Notes under the pieces: model-generated
What the model saw: the letters and a program-made list of their open reading frames with translations, nothing else
Databases searched by the model: none
Told to the model about the DNA's origin: nothing
Shown: positions 12,923 to 26,300 of the stretch, piece after piece
How the letters are laid out: each line of letters starts with the position of its first letter
Numbering within the stretch: the first letter of the stretch is position 1
Assembly: GCA_015680685.1 (NCBI GenBank)
Contig: MNCI01003377.1
Span: forward strand, 547,604 to 611,603
Source of the DNA: Gnetum montanum
Taxonomy: Eukaryota > Plantae > Gnetophyta
DNA length: 64,000 nt
Direction of reading: 5' to 3'
Position numbers and translations under genes: made by a program

Positions 12923-14700
12923 TCATGCATGTGGGAATATTGGAGTGTGGTCATATCCAAACCATTGGGTGTCTTTTGATGTGGTGGTAGGAATGTACCC
13001 AAATTGGGGTTTACACACTTGATTAAAGTAGGCATAGTGGGGCAAATTATAAGATGTGGTTAAGTGATAAGGAGTTGACCCACTATGGCACCCATGATTG
13101 TAAGATGGTATGCAAGGATCGATATGTCTCCCTTTGTGGTTATATTCATTGGGCTGCATCGTAGTTGGAGTATTGATTGAAGGCCTTGATAAGGGAACAG
13201 GAGACATTGAGTTCGAGGAGACAAATGCATCACAGCGTTGAACTTGTGCTGGGTTGGAGGATGCAGTGGTTTCGAAATTGTGTTGTCTCTTTCTTCGGTC
13301 ATGCCTAAAGAAAGGACGCTTTCGACGTTGTGGAGGACCTCCACTGCTATTGACAGTAGCAGCACAAGTAACGTTTGTGGGTTGGTGCTGTGGTGCAAAA
13401 CCTTTTGGCACAACTGGTGGCAATGTAGAAGGAGGTGAAGAATGAGAATATTGAGGTTGAGCAAAAGTGTAAGGCACATGAGGTGGTGATATTGTTGGAG
13501 AGGACATGGGTGGATCGTACTCAAGAGAATGATAATGATGAGGTGAAGTAGAGGATGTTGATCTAGTTGGAGAAATAGGGTGTTGAATATAATAAACGTT
13601 TGGCGTTGAGACATATGAAGGGTATGGTCTGTTTGGTGGTGGCCTCCCCCACGATTGGGGCTTTTGCCATTGTGGTTGAACCCGGTACTTCTGTACGAAA
13701 TCTAAATGTAGCATTCCTTCCCAATGCTTATGTAAATGTGACAAGATGGGGCATTGGCCCTTGGGGTGATTATACAGGCAAACATTACATTGATACGTAT
13801 GATTGGCAGTTGAGCTTCTATTCTTATTTTCTTCAACTCTTCATTCTGATTGTTGCGTGGTGTCTTGTCCTATTTCTTGATTTGGCATAGTTCCACTTCT
13901 AATAATGCTTGCATATTCTCCGCATTTTTCATGTACCCAGTTCATTATCTTGTTGATCTTTGCCTTAATCTCATCTAGTGATTGTAGTATTGGCAAAGAT
14001 GATTCACCTCCTGGAGGTGAGTTGATTTCTCCTCTTCATGATCATGGACCTTTGCTATTTTGAGATTTTGGTCTTGTTGAAATCTTTCAACATTCTCCCA
14101 TTGAGCTATTTCTCCTTCTTCTTTTGCTACCTGCTTGATAAGCTCTTGGAATTGGTGGGCTCATAGCTCATATAGTTGACCTGGGGCATACATCCCTAGG
14201 GTCTCCCTTGTTTCATTACGGAGCCCATCCATGATGTGGTACATTAACCTTTCCTCGAAGAACCCATGGCCTGGGCAGTTGTTTAACAATGAATAATATC
14301 TTTCCAAGGCCATGTCCAAGGGTTCATTTTGTCCCTGTTTCCACTCTTGGACTTGTTTCCTCAAGGCTGACACTCTTGCATAGGTTTGATATCTTTCATT
14401 GAAGAGTTCTACCATTGTCGGCCAATGTCGAATTGATTTTGGTTTTAAGGACCTGTACCATACTTTTGCTTGGAAAAAATGAGTGTCGTAGGAAAGAGCT
14501 TAAGTTTTTGCCACCCATTATCAATATTGTTCCATACACAGGCATCATGGAAGGCTTGTAAATGATGTTGCCGATCTAAATCATAGCCTCTTGAAAACTT
14601 GGGAAAGCTATTTACATCAAGCCTGGGTAGACAGCTTTCCTTGTGATGCTTGCGGGATATTTAAACAGCCTCTTGTATATGCATTATGCTCTTAGTGGCC
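12923..14700 (-). pseudogene. gag: Athila gag remnant with CX2CX3HX4C knuckle and Pro/His/Ser-rich tail
   Basis: ELFNERYQTYARVSALRKQVQEWKQGQNEPLD...CPGHGF is homologous to gag at 50300-50572; YQCNVCLYNHPKGQCP at ~13740-13800. Confidence 0.8.
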
Positions 14701-15151
14701 AACAGGGGTTCATCGTCACTAGGTAGGTTATGAATTTGTGAGTTGAGACGATGTTGTCTTCGTTCATGTTGGTGTTCTTGACTTTGCTTGTGGGCTTGAT
14801 TTTTATTTCTACACTAACCCCTTGAAAAATGGTCATTTGTGCCACGACATGACGTCGAAGGAGTGTTAGAATTGGATGACAAGAGTCCTTGAATACCGTT
14901 GGGGTGTTTATGAGCATTGGGGATTTTTGCATAAGATTGAGTACTCCAAACTTCGTCATCATCATCATATAATTTGTTGGTTCTCCAATGAATTGCCTTA
15001 CTAGTTGTTGCGTTATCATAGTCTTGTGAGAGAGACATTGTTGTGAATTTGTGTGTGACTTATTTGCAATTACTTTCTTTCTAAAAGATATATCATCAAG
15101 GCTTCATTACAGTGATCTTGAATGATGTAACTAAGCTAAATAACTAGCACC

Positions 15152-15170
15152 ATCCCTGGCAATGGTGCCA
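15152..15170 (-). other. Primer binding site, Athila type (TGGCACCATTGCCAGGGA)
   Basis: Immediately inside the 5' LTR; resembles the Athila consensus TGGCGCCGTTGCCGGGGA. Confidence 0.8.
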
Positions 15171-15171
15171 A

Positions 15172-16104
15172 TGATGAGTGGCGAGGTACCCCTACACTCA
15201 ACCATACAAATACGAGCGTTCATGCACGATCCGGTCGAACTCTGCAGATGGACTAGTTGTGGTACCTAGATAGTTACACGTTGATTGCAATTTGCTGTCT
15301 TTCCACTTGGACTAGTATTCGCTTATCATGTATGGTTTAGTTCGGAGCGAGGTGAATGATGGTATCCTAAACTAATGTTGCTTCTAGAGACGATGGGGAA
15401 CAATCTTAATTAAGCTAATGGACAATGGAAAATGAAATCTATGCTATAATCCTAAGTGCAATGAGCATCTATCCTTAATCATTCGGACGCATCTTGGACC
15501 TTGTGTACTACTTCTGAGATTACCAAGTGCACATTACTTGAGCACTACTAGATACGCTACTGGGTTACCAAGTAGTTACACTTAAATCTTCGTGATTAAG
15601 TCGTACTCATTCTGCGTTAACAACAGAAAGTGTAAATGATAATAAAAGAAATATTAATTAAAAAGACAACAATAAATAATTAACAATTAAGGTAATTAAA
15701 GGCTAAGTGAATGTTGCAATGATGGAGTAATCTCGATCTTTCTTGCCGATCATGTGCGTGTCCAAGTATGTCACACCCGAACAAAGGTTCCGTNTGATCA
15801 TGTGCGTGTCCAAGTATGTCACACCCGAACAAAGGTTCCGTACAATTACAATCATCACACTACGGGTATGCATTGGAGAAAGTAATCTAACTCATGCGGA
15901 AACAAACTGCAAGAGCTTCACTACAACTTAAACAAAAAGGTGCCATAAATGCGGCTGGTGCACGCATATTTATAGCGAAAAATGGACTTTGCGTTGATGA
16001 GGCCACATCAACGCATGTAAAGATGCGTTGACGGGGTCACGTTGATGCAGCTGCGTTGACGAGGCTTCGTCGACGTGGCCTAGCCGACGCAACATGCTTC
16101 ATCA
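15172..16104 (-). repeat. 5' LTR of the gag-only element
   Basis: tgatgag...cttcatca; TATA-like ctataaat on the minus strand near 15970. Confidence 0.9.
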
Positions 16105-18931
16105 ATAGTCTACACCAATTACTGTTTCTAGTTATGGTAAATCATAATATCTTCCTTGGGCTTGCTATTACTCCAGATTAGACTATATTAAGTTAGTAGG
16201 AATTTCTTGTGTTTTAGTGGTATTGCTTGTTTTCTAGCAATGCTACAACTTTTATGTTGTTATAGCATCTCTTTGCATTGTAGGCTCATGGTACACTTAT
16301 GATGGTTATAGGAATTATCCTTAGTCTTAAATGGGTTGGGCCACTTTGAACTCCTTCAGTGATCCATTGCTAAGTTGATTTAGCCACTCTACGAGAATTG
16401 AAAGACTACTATCTTAATGTAGCCTATTCTTATCACTTACATAGCCTTCATAGCTACTTCTCTTGTAACATCTTCATTTGGCTAACTATGTTGAATTTCT
16501 TTATGTTCATGATGCATCAGTTAGCCTCTTGGTGCTGGGCATATTTGGGATTTCAACTTCTTTATTCTTTGCTTCTTCCTAAAGTACCATTTGGTGGTGC
16601 TATGAACTACTTTCATCTTTTGCTCCTCTTTGTACTTACGATTTGGAGCTTTCTTTTTTTGTGATGTTACAAATCACCACTTTTTTATGCTTTTGGTTTG
16701 TGAATGCTTTTGGCTATTGTTCCAATGCCATGTCTCTTCTTGTTTGTTCACATGCTATCTTCTATATACCTTAATATCCTTACAATGTATGGACTTCGAT
16801 TCCTCTATACTTTGTAAGCAGTTATGACTCTTAGTGAACCATCGTAACTTTTCATAAAGTGTTTTGGATTAAGTTAAGAAAACCAACATTGTTCACTAAT
16901 TTAGAGAGTATATTCTCATAGTGGGAAATGAAACATGGAAAGTTTATAATGCGAGGCAGTTTTTATCTTTCTTTGGAACCATTGAATTCCATGAATTTTT
17001 TTGGTTCCCTATTTAGTTCAACTCTCTAGTTTAAAATACTTATTTAGTATCATATTTAGAGGGAACATGGTTAAACCATTCGGGCTAGCTTTCATTTATC
17101 TTCTCTCTTGTAGGTATAACCCATAATCTTCTTTTTACATTTTCTTTTATGATTGCCTTTTATTGGCATGCCTATCATTCATTCATCTCAATATGAGTAT
17201 CTTGACTACATTCTGCTTTATATGATCCCATCATTTGAGCTGTTAGTTTAGCAGGGAAAGATGGGCTCTCTCTACTTTAGAATTGAAATAGATAGATGAC
17301 ATTAGATCCCATGAGATTAAAGAATATGTTGTCTATGTAGTTAAAAGGTAGTTGAAGATGAATATCATGTATGGCTTCAATGTCCTGTGCTGGAGCACAT
17401 CTGCAAGAGATGATAAGTTACAACTAGCAACTTAATTGAGTTGTTTCAAATAGTGTCAAGGACACTTGGTAACTTTATTGATGAAGTTTTCATCAGTCAT
17501 TGTATATATATTTCCTTTGTCTAATAGATCTAAAGTGCCTATATACCCATATACCCATTTAAAATTAGTTTTAGTTTCATAATCCTATGCATCTCACTAT
17601 TGTCTTTCTAAAAGTTCCCTAACGTGAAATAGAGAGTATACTTTGACATAGGATTCTATTAGCTTGTCTCAATTTTTTCCAGTCACATTTGATTTATAAC
17701 ATCTTTAAGTTCTTTGTCTTTTGTGTAGGATTTACTCCAGGCAATAAAACTGATTACGTTTTCCTATTTGGTGGACCTCAATTTAATCCATTGCCACAGA
17801 ACAATTCATAAATGAAGTAACAATGGTAGAATAGTATAGTGACCAACTCTAGCATGCAAATTTAAGCAACAAATTAGACACACACACACAATTAAACCTA
17901 TAGCCAAGGATGGAAATCATGTGATGAAGAAAAGTCTAGGATGAAAAACATTCAACCAAGACATTGGTAGATGAGGACACCTAAACCAAATTAGACAGAT
18001 AGATCATATAAGCATCTGTATCTGTACAAGACCACTGTGAGAAATGGCATGTCCCTAACTAGAAGAGTTAAGAGAGCAAGAGAGTTTCTCTGGGAGAAGG
18101 AATGAAGAAACAATTGACTAAAGGAATCAAGTTGCAGAGTTCTCAAGATTAAAACCAAAGATAAGAGTAACAAGGATCACTAAAAAATCCCATAAGACTG
18201 TACAGAAGGATGCAATTCTGATGGAGTCAACAGAAGAAGGAACAGTTTGTTAGAAGAATGGAGCAACAATTTTGATGAATTGGAATATCCTAGATTCATT
18301 TGTATATATAATGGATGAAATCACCAAGTAAAATCTATGGAAATGTTGTCAGGTTTGTATTAATGATCCTAGAGGGGATAATATTTGATGCCTCATAAAA
18401 TTTGATACTAGTGTCATCATCATGGTGTCTTTCTCTTAGTAATATGGATGTGCCCATTAAAGTAGCTGAAGGATTTGATGATGAGTTTCTTTGGTTGGTT
18501 GTATACTTGATCTTGTAGCCTAAGCATATATTTTGGCACATATCTCAGCATACCCCATTGGGATTGAACTTGTCACTTTTAAACCCCAAGCCACATACTC
18601 TAACCAACTACTTTATGCCTTGTTGACTCTTACTATCTAATGTGCATGTTCAAAATAAATGTAGATGTTGGTGACATAAGAACACGACATCCTGTACCAA
18701 CATGGATGTTTTTTACCATTTTTTTTATGATGGCATACAATATGAAATTGAAACCAAAGATTTATTATGTTCGAAGATCCAAAAGGATCTATTGGACAAC
18801 CATTACCATCTTCTCATACAAAGCAAAAAATTGATTAAACAAAGTGGCCAGTTACTACTAGATGCACCAAGAAAAAATTATACAATTTTTTTTGCTTGAA
18901 TATTAAATTTTCTATGCAAAGGAATAGTTAT

Positions 18932-19129
18932 AGGGGTCATCATTTGGAGCAATGGTAAGGTGCTTATTTCTTCCGTTGAAGACTTGGGTTCAAGCCTAGG
19001 TGTAGCAAATTGAAAAGAGCTTAGGCTTTTGCTCATATACTAGCCTTTTATTGGTCTTGCTTGGTGGGATGAGCATTAGACCTCCAAGTGGTGACCCTTA
19101 AAGAATTAGTTATAGGATGGTTAAAAAAA
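18932..19129 (+). mobile_element. tRNA-derived SINE-like repeat
   Basis: A-box-like tggagcaatgg, B-box-like ggttcaagcc (18987-18996) and a short A tail. A homologous inverted copy lies at 19268-19412. Confidence 0.6.
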
Positions 19130-19267
19130 TATTTTGCTCATCCTCAATAGCTTTTGCTCTACATAACTTGCATGTGTGCTTTTTTCTCTAGCGGTTGAAT
19201 CCATCTCCCACTTTCAATTCTAAGTCTATATGAACTTAGACAAAGCTTGTTAATTAAAAAAAAAAGA

Positions 19268-19412
19268 TAATCACCTAGAGGGTCAATGCTCATCTCACCA
19301 TGGTGGATGAGTGAAAGCCTACCCTTTTTTGAGTGGCTATGCCTATGTTTGAATCTAGGTTTTATAACTTGAGAAACAAGCATCTTGTCATCACTTCAAG
19401 TGGTGGTCTCTT
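19268..19412 (-). mobile_element. Second copy of the same SINE-like repeat, inverted
   Basis: Reverse complement shares tgctt.tttct, gattcaa, taggcttt..ctcat and ggtg.gatgagcatt.accc with 18932-19129. Confidence 0.55.
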
Positions 19413-22400
19413 AGACAAAGCTTGCTAATAAGGTTGCAAATTCATAGTGAAATACTAGTAGTAAGATAGTAAAATTTTGAATTTAATTGATTAACTCTAA
19501 TGCATTTCAAATAAAATTTCTTCATCTCTTCCACATTGACCAAAGCTTCATTAGTACTTGTTACTTAACTAATTTGCAAGTGTGCTTATCCAAGGATGTA
19601 TTCTAGATATTCAGCCATTGTATCACCTGAAAAAAAACCAACCTTGGTTTTTAAATCTTCAAGCACTGCTTTAGAGAATTTGACCCAATCTGTTTTTGAC
19701 AGATTTTAAGTGTAGGCAAGAAATTGGCATAGAGCTTCTGTTTCTAAAGGCAACAGGTTACATTCTAGAGGTAACATATGTTATGGGGTTTGATTCTTCA
19801 CCTTCAATGCATCTAGGAAAAGGATTTTGCACCCTTTCAATAGGCTGCCAATTTTTTGCCCTAAGGCTTGGTCCTCACATAACATGTCAATACAACACAG
19901 TAGGATAAATGACAACTTGAAAGATTTGCTTTCTGAATTTTTTTTGTCCAAATTCCTAAATAAGCTTGCATTTTTTTTCAGTTGCATATAGAGCTTTAAT
20001 TTCTCTTGCTATTCTTTTCTTGACACAATTATCTTATTTTAGTTATTCATGCAAAGAAGATCCAAGTATTTACAGGAATTAACAATTTATACATTTTTCA
20101 TCACCAAATTTAAATTTGTAATTTGCATTTCATACACCCCATATCATTATGTTAGTTTTCTCCACCTTGGCTTGAAGCCCAGAAGATAGAAAGTTTTAAA
20201 ACTCGTAGCATATCATGCATACCTTTTTCAGATGTAGAAGTTAGGGCAGCATCATCATAAAGAATTAAATTTATCCTATGAACTCCTATTTTGATAGCAT
20301 GCCTGGCGTGTCATTTGCACAACCACTATTGCAGCTAATCAATGAAGAGACCAAAGAGAATAGGGGATAAAGGGCAACCTTGATTCACTCCAATTTTATT
20401 CCAAAATTTTAAATTTTCCTCTGCTTTTCTGTTTTTGAGCATTCTAAAATTGTTGTTTACATCAAACCATCAACTATCTAAAATCTTAATTAAATTTTTG
20501 AAAAATTTACAAGCAAGATATTTATTTTAAAGTAGTTTTTACATGTGCAACACAAATGCACACAAACGAGCCTCCTCTTCATTACTGGTTTTGGAAATAA
20601 GCAAATTTATTAATTTTAAAATTGAAATTTGGAGTACAAACAGGAATTTCTTGTCGTGTTAGATATCAACAAAGAAAAATGATGAAGGTTCCATGGAATG
20701 CAAGCAGTCTGATGGACTTCTTGTAGAAAATTGTTGATATGATTGATTTGAAGGTTTGTGACAAATGATATTATGGCTAACAAATGCTCATTGCTTTGTT
20801 CACCCAAAGTAAATTTATAATAAATTTTGAACTTATATTGCTTTTAAGGTCAAGATGTTAGAGGTGAAGCACTAGCATATGAGAAATGAAAAACTTAAAA
20901 ATTGAAAAACATAAATTGAATAAGGATGCATTTCCATTTGCCTCATTTGATGTCCATGGATCTCTGCATTTAGTGTGCTTTGATGGGAACCCATGATAAC
21001 TTAAAGTTATAAAAAATGCACGTAGCAATATATTCTATTAAGAATTAGGCCACATTGTTGGTTAGGCACATGCTAACCCATACCAAATGTAAGAACCTGG
21101 AATGACTATTGATATGCCTCATGTAAGAAGTGAATGGAAGAAGATGATGAATTACTGCATTTTCTGTGTAGCTAACTGGAGTTAATGGAGATGACATTTA
21201 TATGTCCCATATTAGTCTCAATGATCACTTGTGTCATTCCTCAATTCCTGCATGACATATTTGAAAATAAGATCCTCGTTTTTGTGGTCCCATTCATTTT
21301 ATTGGCATTTCAAAAACTTGAAAGCTAGTTGTCGGCGATTTCCAAAGTGTACATTGTTTCTTAGTTTTGTTAACATAATGTCACTGGCAAAGTTGTTCCC
21401 TGTCGATTTCCTTAAATATTAACAAAATTCAGAAGATAGGTGTTAGTGGGAGGAAAATGGAAGCACAAAGGAATGTACTGATTTTTTCTTTAAAATTTAA
21501 TTTTGAATGGTAGTATACGGTCACATCCACATGTAAGGGAGCAAAGATCAACTTCTGTGATTCCTCACCTTCGAGAATCCATCACAATTTTAACATCGTA
21601 TCAACCTCTAACAAGACTGTTCTCATTGCACCAGTTTTCTCTCCTGATTGCGATTCAATATCTTCTGCAGGTATGCCTCTTATATCTTATTTTTTGGTAG
21701 GGAAAGGATAGTTTTGGTTCCACGATGAATGAGGAATACCAGTTTTATTAAAAATATAGGGATTAAGTGTTTTTCAAAATTCTCTAATCTGTATTTTTTT
21801 TTGTTAGTGTTTATTTTCAGCTGTTAAAATCTTTTTCAATTTCTACTCTTCTGAGAAGTCCATTCTTTAGACCTTACACATTGAGACGATACCTAAAAGT
21901 TTCATGTCTTGAAGGATTAAGTTCCCAATCTCTCAATTTGTGCATTAACATCATGTTTATCTGGTCATTTTATTGGGAATTACATTTAAGGTTTCTTTTA
22001 TACCCTGATTGTTAGAAAGATAAGAGAGTGAACTGAAAGACAAAGTGGAACATCCAAGAGATAATGCGGTGAGATATCCTGAAAGAGCAGCAAGCGATGG
22101 TTGCAGCCAAAAATAGCATTTGATGCAAAAACAACAAACATGAGAGACAGATTTGCATAGAGGGAGCATCGATGGGAGAGGCTAAGCTCTTGTTTCTCAT
22201 TAAGCAATAAAAGTGTTCATTTTTAATGAGCAAGGGATCTAGGCCTTGTGTAGGCCAAATTAGGTTTCAAACCTTGATTACTTATGATTCAGTAAGGCAG
22301 GTAGAAACATTTATAAAATTTCCTTCTTGAAGGATCTTAACCCTATAGAAGTATCTAGAAAGTTGAATCATTATTAATTAAATTTTTTAATGTAATTAGA

Positions 22401-23108
22401 CAACAATAGTTTCACATCCATTTACATCTTTAAAAACATATTTTTTTTAAAAAAGAACAGTTAAATAACATATTATGTCTTTCAAGATTTAGCTTTTAGT
22501 TTGCACTGCTCTGGCTCTTAATTTTCTATTTCATCGTTATCACTCTAGCCTTATCCCAACTACATGGGTCAGCTATTTTGTTATTTGCATCTATTAAGAG
22601 CCACATAAGCATTAATACCCAAATTTTGAATGTCTTTCTTTATGCAAATCAAACTTTGTATGAACTTTTCAAGGTACAAGTGTTAGTTTTAGGGCATTAT
22701 CTAGAAATATTTAAAATATATGAATATTGGACTCACATTTATTTTACTCAGGATTTGCTGCCTCTGATGGATTTTGTACAACTTACTTGTTTGATAGATC
22801 CTTTGGGTCTACACAGATGTCATTAAACTTTAGTCTCAGTTTCAAAAAGCTGTAGATTAAGGTTAATAATGGGTGGTAGCATAAGAGTGATAATTTCAAA
22901 TATTTTATTTTAAAAATTGGATGGCTATGAGATGAATGCTTGATCATGTTGGTTGATCTCTAATATTTCAGAATTTGTTGTTGGACTCCAACGTTATTAT
23001 TAATAAAATCTCGTTTTTGATGGATTACTGAAACAAGCATAGCTATATCAAATAAAAATATTATAAATCAAATCATTTTTGACTGATTACTGTTTTTCTT
23101 ATAACTAG

Positions 23109-23324
23109 ATACCAAAATAATTTACTTGAAGAGTCAGATAAGCCTGAAGGCCAAGGCTATGGCAGCTTGGTGAACATGTGCATAGATGCAGCCTGTAAGA
23201 GCAGGGAAACAGTAGACGTTTGGAGAAGACAAAAGCGGACTCTGGAAAGAATGCCAGCACATCTTTCTGTCTTGCTTTTTCGTTGCCTGCTCGGTCGCCG
23301 ATTGCTTCTTCCTTATCTACTTGA
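23109..23324 (+). CDS. CERES: CERES-like exon (conserved N-terminal region)
   Basis: Acceptor ataactag|, donor ga|gtgagc; encodes ...GSLVNMCIDAACKS...LLLPYLLE. Confidence 0.85.
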
Positions 23325-26300
23325 GTGAGCAATGCGTGAACATTTTAAGTTTTTGTAAAATTCTGTAAATTTTAATTTGCACACAAAGCTGTTAGTACTT
23401 TCATGCACTGTATCAGCTGCATTAGCATTATTAACATTGGTTTTTTTAAGAAGAAACTTTGACGCTTCATAATGCATGGATCAGGATGTTTCAGCAAAGC
23501 ATTGAGGAGGTGAATTTGAAAGCAGAAATTATGGTTGATTCAGAATGGATGGTATACTTGGGTGCTTATCGTCATTTGCGTATCTTAAACCTTGCTGAAT
23601 GTAAGGGAATTAAAGATTCTGCTCTATGGAATCTCTCTGGTAAGCTGCTATTCAAAATTTATTTCTTTATTTTTTTTTTAAATCTCATTAGAGAAAGTTA
23701 TTACAAAGTATTTAAAAATAATTGAACATCAGCTTTAACATAGGTCTTGATTCGTGTATACTGCTAAACTATCTATATTTAAGGACTTAATTAATCAGAA
23801 ATTATATTGTTGATGGGTAGTGAAGATAACATTGCTAAACCTTTCAGTTTTCGAATTTTCTTTCTTTGTGGGAATAATATAAAAATTAGAATAGAAAACT
23901 AGTGCTCCATAAGCATAAAGAGATTGCATTATCTTAAAGATTATGCTGTAGGAAAATAAGAAATTGTTGCAGATCTTTTTGGTCCTTCACCATTGATAGT
24001 TATATTTTATGTTAGGTTTGTCGACCTTGGAGGATTTGAATTTGTCAAGATGTTCAAAGATAACAAATAGAGGTTTGGAGCATCTGTTATCGCTCTCGAA
24101 TTTGAAAAGATTGTGTATTTCAGAAACAGGCATAACGGCAAATGGTATAAAGTGTCTTTCGATTCTTACGTCATTGACCTCCTTAGATCTTGGAGGCTTG
24201 CCAGTTACAAATCAGGCAGTCTCTTCATTGCAGGTATGCTTTGAATTTAGGTGAATAATGCGCCTTGCATAAAAAGATAAGGAGGGAGGTACAATTTTGG
24301 ATCTTTTTTGCAACCCATGGCTTCAAATCTGTAATATTTCAAATAACTTTTTATGTCTGGATGCGCACACCATTTTCATTGCAAATTCAGATGCATAGTG
24401 TCTGTTGCGTAGGAAGACATTGAATGTACAGCAGATATAGATCATTCTTGGCAAATCATAGCTCTACCTCTGAAACATTTCAAAACTTTACTTTTGTGAA
24501 TGAATGAATGCAGCCAAAGATACATGTAAAGTCTTAATAAAAATAAACAGTGCCTTAACAATAATTTGTTAATATGTATTATTTAGTGTTTCATACTTTG
24601 TGCTGGTTTTGTTTTTCTTGATATATAATTCTTCTGGCATGATATTGATGAGGCTTCTAGTGGCAATTTTGTATATCTATGTAAGCCCAGATGCATTATA
24701 CTCTTTTGTACACTTAAACCTATAGTTTAGGCTTGTTTGAAAGTGTGGTGGCACATCATTAGTAGTGTACACTTGGTGCAGTGCCTCACCGTGTGCGCTA
24801 TTTCACCTCATGTGCTGCCATGTGTGCATTACCACACCTTGTGTGCTACCTCATGCAGTGTGCTAGCACACCTTGCACCTAGTTTGTTGCTGCACCACTT
24901 TCATTACAATTCTGAAAACTATAAATACCCAAGAGGGAAAGCACAAAAGGGACATTCATTTTGTAAGTTTTTCTGACATTTCTTGTTAAGAGCTTCTCTT
25001 CTTCCCTTGGGTAAGTATGCCCTTTATTCTCCTTTGTAGAAGCTCCTCCCTTGAGTGAGTATGCCATTTGCTCTCCTTTGTATTTTTAAGTTGTTGACTC
25101 ATTTTGCAGTTAAGACTTTGTTTGAGTGTTGCCATGTTTTCACATTCCGGAACTGTTTGGTCCCAACATAGAGCTCAAATAAAGCTTATTTTGAATTTAT
25201 AATTTTATTGATTTTTGCATTGCACCTGTTCGACAAGGGATTGTGAAGTGAAGGTGTGTTTTATTTCTTTTTTGTGTGCATACATTGTATTTGTCTTGCA
25301 AGGGATTGCAACAAGTTTCAATTATTGTTTTATTCTTTACATTTATGAAATACATAAAAATTATGAAAGTATCATTTTTCTACCATGGCAACATGGGTTC
25401 ATTCACTTGTATTATATTTATTATAACATTTTTATTTATTAAACGTAACAATATACACAAGTAAACTTTGCAAGTTTACAACTCATTTGCTATGGATACT
25501 GTTGATAGACATCTTGGGGTCTCAGCCAGCGGCCTATCAAATGCCATCATGAGCTTCAAAGCGTAGATTATGGATAATGAAAAGAAACTAACATTTATAA
25601 TGTTTCTCTCTTAATCATGGTGATAAATTTGTTTGTTCATTGACAATGGTGTGTGTTAGTTCTGTTTCATATAAAGCTTACGTTAATACGACGATGCATT
25701 CCACATTTAGTTTGGTAAAGGGGTAAGCTTTTATTTTAAACTTAAATTTTCATTTTTGAGGAAATATGACAATTATTGCTGGACAACATATAAGATTGCT
25801 GGACAGTTAGTGGATTCTTAGATTGATTCAAGAAATTTGACCACATACAAAGGGAGGTCTTTAGTTAGTAATTAGCACAGTTGAACCATGAATAATGAGA
25901 AGGTATTCAATGTATTAAAATTTAGTTATTACACAGAAATTGACAAATTAGAAAAATGAAGTAAAATGGAAACAGTTGCAACTACTGGCTTGGTGAAATA
26001 TGAAGGTATGCTGGAGTATATATGAAATAAGGTATATTAATATTGTAGTGTTAAGTTGTATATGCATAACGATTTTGGTTAGGTGTATTTGAAGACGATA
26101 GGGTTCATTACCTCGGTATGCTTTTAAATGGCCAGTTCAACCAAATGAACTAGTGTATTTGCAAAAACATCACACCCCACATATATTTCAAACAGCGATG
26201 AGCATGTGAGGATTCCTAGCTGAGTGTGCTGAGCATATTCCCTTTGTTGCTACCGTGTGCCCTCCGTGTACCAATAATGTTCCTGAACATACAGCCAAGC

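Larger units (their letters stand above)
10148..16104 (-). mobile_element. Non-autonomous (gag-only, pol-less) Athila-like LTR retrotransposon with TSD ATAGT
   Basis: LTRs 10148-10906 and 15172-16104 are highly similar, with TG...CA ends. ATAGT flanks both ends (10143-10147, 16105-16109). PBS lies next to the right LTR and PPT next to the left LTR. Gag remnant present; no protease/RT/RH/INT motifs seen. Confidence 0.9.

Noticed and set aside
12923-13744. 273-aa Pro/His-rich ORF as a host extensin-like gene
   Set aside because: It directly continues the gag zinc knuckle inside an LTR element, and equivalent Pro-rich tracts follow gag in the other Athila copies.
15749-15841. ~46-bp tandem duplication in the 5' LTR (and ORF 15743-15931)
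   Set aside because: The identical copies are separated by a single N and the duplication is absent from the partner LTR, so it is a contig-join artefact.
17750-18900. Possible LINE endonuclease debris
   Set aside because: Only faint motifs (QIDHI); too degraded to call.
18932-19000. tRNA gene
   Set aside because: Only A/B-box-like motifs, no cloverleaf; better explained as a SINE head.
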